Assembly (NCBI RefSeq): GCF_009914755.1
Contig: NC_060947.1
Length of the DNA stretch: 64,000 nt
Origin: the human T2T-CHM13v2.0 reference genome, Homo sapiens
Strand: one strand, 5' to 3'
The notes below the pieces were generated by a model. That model made no database searches. It was not told where the DNA came from and worked only from the letters and a program-made list of their open reading frames with translations. The first letter of the stretch is position 1. The number at the start of each line of letters is the position of its first letter. The translations under genes were made by a program, and so were the position numbers. Shown here one piece after another: positions 58,379-64,000 of this stretch.

Positions 58379-60753
58379 TGTATTAGCCTGTTCTCATGCT
58401 ACTATAAAGACATACCTGAGACTGGATAATTTATAAGGAAAATGGGTTGAATTGACTCACAGTTCTGCAGAGTTGGAGAGGCCTCAGGAAACTTACAATT
58501 ATGGCAGAAGGGGAAGCAGTCATGTCCTTCTTCACATGGCAGCAGGGAAGAGAAGAACAAAAGCCCAGTGAAGTGGGAAGACCCTTATAAAACCATCATA
58601 TCTTGTGAGAACTAACTCACTATTACAAGAACAGGATGGGGGAAACCACCCCCATGATTATATTGCTTCCCACATGGTCCTTCCCACAGCATGTGGGGGA
58701 TTATAGGAACTAAAATTCAAAATGACTTTTAGGTGGGTCCACAACCAAACCGTATCATTTCATCACTGGCCTCTCCCAAATCCCATGTCCTCACATTTCA
58801 CAACATAATTGTGCCCTTCCAACAGTCCCCCAAAATCTTAAATCATTCCAGCATTAACACAAAAGTCCAAGTCCAAAGTCTTATCTGAGACAAAGCAAGT
58901 ACCTTCCACCTAGGAACCTGTAAAATCAAAAGCAAGTTAGTTACTTCCTAGATACAATGGGGCTACAGGCATTGGGTAAATACACCTATTCCAAATGGGA
59001 GAATTTGGCCAAAAGAAAGAGGCTACAGGCCCCATGCAAGTCCAAAATCAAATAGGGCAGTCATTAAACCTTCAAGTTTCAAAATGGTCTCTTTTGACTC
59101 CATGTCTCACATCCAGGGCACACTGATGCAAGAGGTGGGTTCCCATCACCTTGGACAGCTCTACCCCTGTGGCTTTGCAGGGTACAACTCCCCTCTCAGC
59201 TGCTTTCATGGGCTGGCATTGAGTGTCTGCAGCTTTTCCAGGTGCACAGTGCAAGCTGTTGGTGGAGCTACAATTCTGGGGTCTGGAGGATAGTGACCCT
59301 CTTCTCACAGATCCTCTAGGCAGTGTCCCAGTGTGGATTCTGTGTAGGGGCTCCAACCCCACATTTCCCTATTACACTGACCTAGCATAAGTTCTCTATG
59401 AGGGTTCTGTCCCTGCAGCAAAACTTCTGTCTGGGCATCCAGGCATTTACATACATCCTCTGAAACTTAGGTGGTGATTCCCAAACCTCAGTTCTCAACT
59501 TCTGTGCACCCACAGGCTCAGCACCACATGGAAGCCACCAAAGCTTGGGGCTTGCATCCTCTGAAGCAATGCCCTGTGCTCTACATTTGTCCCTTTTAGC
59601 CATGGCTGGGATGCAAAGCACCAAGTCCCGAGACTGCACTAAGCAGCAAGGCCCTGGGCCTGGCCCACAAAATCAATTTTCCTCCTAGGCCTCTGGGCCT
59701 GTGATGGGAGGGGTTGCCATGAAGACTTCTGACATGCCCTGGAGACATTTTCCCCATTGTCTTTGTGATTAACATTTGGCTCCTCATTACTTATGCAAAT
59801 TTCTGCAGTCAGTTTCAATTTCTTCTCAGAAAATGGGTTTTTCTTTTCTATAACATCATCAGGCTGCAAATTTTCTAAACTTCTATGCTCTGCTTCACTT
59901 TTAAACATAAGTTCCAATTCCAAACTATATCTTCATGAACATATAAAATTGAATGCTTTTAACAGCACCCAAGTCACCTCTTGAATGCTTTGCTGCTTAG
60001 ACATTTCTTCTGCCAGACACCCTAAATCATCTCTCTCATGTTCAAAGTTCCATAGATCTCTAAGGCAGGGACAAAATGCTGCCAGTCTCTTCGCTAAAAC
60101 ATAGCAAGAGTCACCTTTATTCCAATTCCTATCAGGTTCCTTATCTCCATCTGAGACCACCTTAGCCTGGACTTCATTGTCCGTGTCAAATGGTCAAAGC
60201 CATTCAACAAGTCTCTAGGAAGTTCCAAACTTTCTCACATTTTTTTGCCCTTTTTCTGAGCCCTCCAAACTGTCCCAACGTCTGCCTATAACCCATTTCC
60301 AAAGTCACTTCCAGATTTTTGGTTATCTTTACAGCAGCACCCCACTCTCCCCCACTCTCTGTTGTACCTATTTATTATATTAGTCCATTTTCAGTTGCTA
60401 TAAGGACATACTCGAGACTGGGTAATTTATAAATGAAAGAGGTTTAATTGACTCACAGTTCCACAAGGTTGAGGAGGCCTCAGGAAACTTACAATCATGG
60501 TGGAGGGGAAAGTAAATATGTCCTTTTCCACATGGTGGCAGGAAGGAGAAGAATAAAAGCCCAGCTAAGGGGGAAGCCCCTTATAAAAACATCAGATTTT
60601 GTGAGAACTAACTCACTGTCACATGAACAGGATGAGGGAAGCCACCCACCATGATTAAATTGCCTCCCACTGGGTCCCTCCCACCACATGCGTGGATTAT
60701 GGGAAATAAAATTCCAGATGAGATTTGGGTGGGAACACAGCCAAACCATAGCA
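58379..60753 (-). mobile_element. Full-length THE1C/D (3'LTR 58379-58757, internal, 5'LTR 60376-60753)
   Basis: Two antisense THE1 LTRs flanking THE1-int. Confidence 0.9.
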
Positions 60754-61477
60754 CCCTGGCATCAGGCCATCTTGAGTAATTCCAGGTGTCACAGTCTCTA
60801 AAACAAGCCCTAGCCCACACATCACTGACCTTGGGAATGTGGCCTATGCGTAGATGTGCATCTTGACTTAGAGCTCCTGAGGGGGAGAGCAGGACAGCCA
60901 ATGAACCTTTCCAATGGGTATCTTGAGGGATCCTTCATATCATAGACCCCTTCATCTGGGTGGTGAAAGAGTTGTGACATCAAAAAAGCGGGTGTCAGCA
61001 ATGAGGCAGGGAACATGATAGGCCTTAGCAAAAAGGCACAGCTCTTTCTAGGTTGTGTCAAGTTTCCCTCTACCAGTTTTATACTTCCCTAAATGCCAGC
61101 TTTCCTAGCCCTGCTATACATCCATCTTCTGATTGAGAGACCTGTCATGCTGCTCTCACAGAACTGTCTGGTTGTAAATGCAAAGAATGGAGAAGAATAG
61201 ATTGACTGGCTGTAAGAAGGGGAAATTAGTTAAATAAAGAGGGGCTAGGGCACTAAAATTCTGATTACCAATTGTCTTGCAGGTGCTCTTCAGAGAAGGC
61301 AAGCTGTGGCAGAGGAAAATAAAAACTCAATCAAAAATGATAAGTGTGAAGTCCCTGTTGATGTATGTGTTTACAAAATAAGGATAATTAAAAAGTGGGA
61401 TGCAAAATTCTCCATGCATGCAGACCACAGATAGGCATAAAAAGATTGGGAGGGAGTTTAACGGAAAGGGTTTCTTC

Positions 61478-61992
61478 CATTAGTGTGCTGGAGCTGACCT
61501 GCACAAGCTGGTGAGAAAAGCTATTGTGCCTTCTTTCCACCTACACATTAAGTAACATCATGTCAGTAGCTTGGAATTGTCTATGGTTTGAGTATTTACG
61601 CTATGGAAATTGCCAATGAATAAAAATCAAGTTGTTGTTGCTGTTTTTTCTGGAGAGTCGATTTTGTTTTTTTTGAGATGGGGTCTCACTCTGTTGCCAA
61701 GGCTGGAGTGCAGTGGTGCAATCTCGGCTCACTGTAACCTCTACCTCCAGGGTTCAAGCAATTCTCTGCCTTAGTCTCCTGAGTAGCTGGCATTACAGGT
61801 GCCCAACACCATGCCCAGCTAACTTTTTTGTATTTTTAGTAGAGACGGGGTTTCACCATCTTGGCCAGGCTGGTCTTGAACTTCTGGCCTCATGATTCAC
61901 CCACCTCAGCTTCCCAGAGTGCTGGGATTATAGGCGTGAGCCACTGCACCTGGCTGAGAGTCGATTGTTAAACATTTACCAAGACATCACTT
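61478..61992 (+). mobile_element. MER63A (hAT-Blackjack) split by an Alu
   Basis: gtgtgctggagctg...gagtatttacgctatggaaattg...gttaaacatttaccaagacatcact. Confidence 0.75.
61664..61955 (-). mobile_element. AluS
   Basis: Antisense dimer; perfect 11-bp TSD gagagtcgatt. Confidence 0.92.
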
Positions 61993-63327
61993 AACAGAGC
62001 CTGTTTCAATTCTCAAAAGATTTGAGGAGCAGCTGAAAGGTAAGGCTGGTATTTTATGTCCAAGGGTATTGGATCTCCTCCACTAGACTATAAGCCACTT
62101 GGTGATAAAACTATCCCTTGTTCTTATATGCTTTCTCAACACCAACTGCAGTATGTGACACATTGTAGGTGCTCAATCAATATATTTAGATATAAATGTG
62201 TACATTCTAATGCAACAATTGATTTTTGAAATTCATGAGTTTTCCTACTCAAGTGAAGAGCATAAATAATTTTTTCCAAAGGTTGCATTTCATTTATTTT
62301 GAGCACCTCCTTTATTAATCTTATGTATACACAACAGTGTGAAAAATAGCACAGTTGTGTATCAGGACAGAAAAATTCTAGTGTAAGGCTGCCATGCTGC
62401 ATTACTATGGATAGATAACATGGGAATTGTACCCCCCAGAGTTGCGTGGTAGGACATCCCTGAGTCCTGACTCTATCATTGGCTGGCTGTGTGTCCTCAG
62501 CTTCCATTTCAGGTCCTGTAAAATGGCAGGGTTTAATGTAAGCAATTGTTTTCCAAGTCTTTATTTTGTTTTTGCCATGGAACCCTTTCTTCTAATGAAA
62601 CACAATGCAGATGCTCAGTGGGGATGCTCTAGTTGAAGTTCAGACTGGAGCTCAGAGCCACCCACTCAAATTCCAAGTATAGTCCCCAGCCAGTGTACCA
62701 CCAAGGCACCTTTGGTGAATTCTTAAAGTTCTAGACATCATGGGCTGAAAACCACAGGCCTGGCTAGCTTTTTCTTAAAGGACCTCCAGCTCAGCAATCT
62801 CTAATTAAATGGTGGGCTTCAGAAACATTTGTTAAATTATTAGTTACGTAAAGTTGGTTTACTTAGAAGAAGGGATACCTGCAACTTCATATTGTATTTC
62901 TCACCAAAGTGGTTCTCTCAAACCTTGTAGACATCACATAACCTAGTGGGGCAGCTAGCCTATAATAAGTCCACTTTTCTTCTGCCAATTTTGCATGGGG
63001 AATAAGATGTTAAGACCTCTGGATCTCCTTTTCCATGCTCTTATACCTTTATACCACAGAGGTAAAACTCTAAAGAGATTTTGCCCCATGGTTTAGCTTT
63101 GAGACTTGGATAAAGAAATGGCCTAGTGATGTGGGCTTTCTGTCCTTGATATTTTTGACTATGAAAAACATATGAGATCCCTACCTCCGAACCTTCAAGT
63201 GAGTCTACTTCCAGCCATATCAGACTACTCACTATCTTCTCAATGTATAAAACGTATCCTTTACCACTAGTCTCTTTATGCATACTTTACATATTCATTT
63301 ACTCAACCAACATATATCCATTAGGTA

Positions 63328-64000
63328 TAGTCATACATTGCTTAATGACAGGGATATTTTCAGAGAAATATGTTGTTAGGTGATTTCCTTATTGTATGAA
63401 TATCAGAGTACTTACACAAACCTAGACTGCATAGCCTACTACACACTTAAATTAAGCTACATGTTATAGCCTATTTTTCTTAAGCTACAAATCTGCACTA
63501 CATGTTACTATACTGAATACTGTAGTCACTTGTAGAACAATGGCAAATATTTGTGTATCTAAACATATATAAACATAGAAAAGGTACAGTAAAAATGGTA
63601 TAAAAGATTTTTTAAATGGTACACACTATATAGGCTACTTATTCTGAATGGAGCTTGAAGGACTGAAAGTTGCTGCAGGTGACTCAGTGAGTAAGTAGTG
63701 ACCGAATGTGAAGGCTTAAGACATTACTGTACACTACTGCAGATTATATAAGCACTATACACTTAGGCTATGCTAAATTGATATAAAAACCTTTGTCTTT
63801 CTTCAATAATAAATTGACTTTAGCTTACTGTAACTTTTTACTTCATAAACTTTTTATTTTTTTTAACTTTTGGACAGTTTTGTACTAACACTTAGCTTAA
63901 AACGCAAACACGTTGTACAGTTTTACAAAAATATTTTCTTTCTTTACATCCTTATTTTATAAGCTTTTTCCCATTTTTTTATTTTTTATTTTTTTTTTTT
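63328..64000 (+). mobile_element. Tigger3 (Golem)-derived DNA transposon, runs off window end
   Basis: tagtcatacattgcttaatgacagggatattttcagagaaa...cttacacaaacctaga...aaacatagaaaaggtacagtaaaaat. Confidence 0.85.

Noticed and set aside
60822-61061. 79-aa minus-strand ORF with a possible donor AAG|gtcagt near 60830
   Set aside because: Non-ATG start, weak acceptor, no neighbouring compatible exon and no recognisable homology

Overview
Primate genomic DNA, most likely human or another ape given AluY, L1PA3, THE1B and MER41. It is AT-rich and dominated by interspersed repeats, and I recognise no intact known protein-coding gene. Almost all ORF-track entries are L1 ORF1/ORF2 fragments, MaLR internal sequence, Alu read-through or microsatellite frames. 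Layout: 1-10.8 kb old L1M carrying an MLT2B LTR, an Alu with a (GAA)26 tail, a U5 snRNA retrocopy and an internally deleted L1PB1. 11-22 kb is mostly unique sequence with MIR/L2/L3/MER elements and a run of phase-compatible GT-AG exon candidates (13.3-17.1 kb) that may be a decayed multi-exon gene. 22-44.6 kb is a deeply nested L1/LTR/Alu stack. 45-61 kb is an LTR-rich block with a templated inverted duplication that preserves a pre-insertion empty site, plus an old 41-bp minisatellite. 61-64 kb holds MER63A, an Alu and Tigger3. Repeat subfamily names come from recalled consensus sequences and need RepeatMasker/Dfam confirmation. Boundaries without a stated TSD are approximate.
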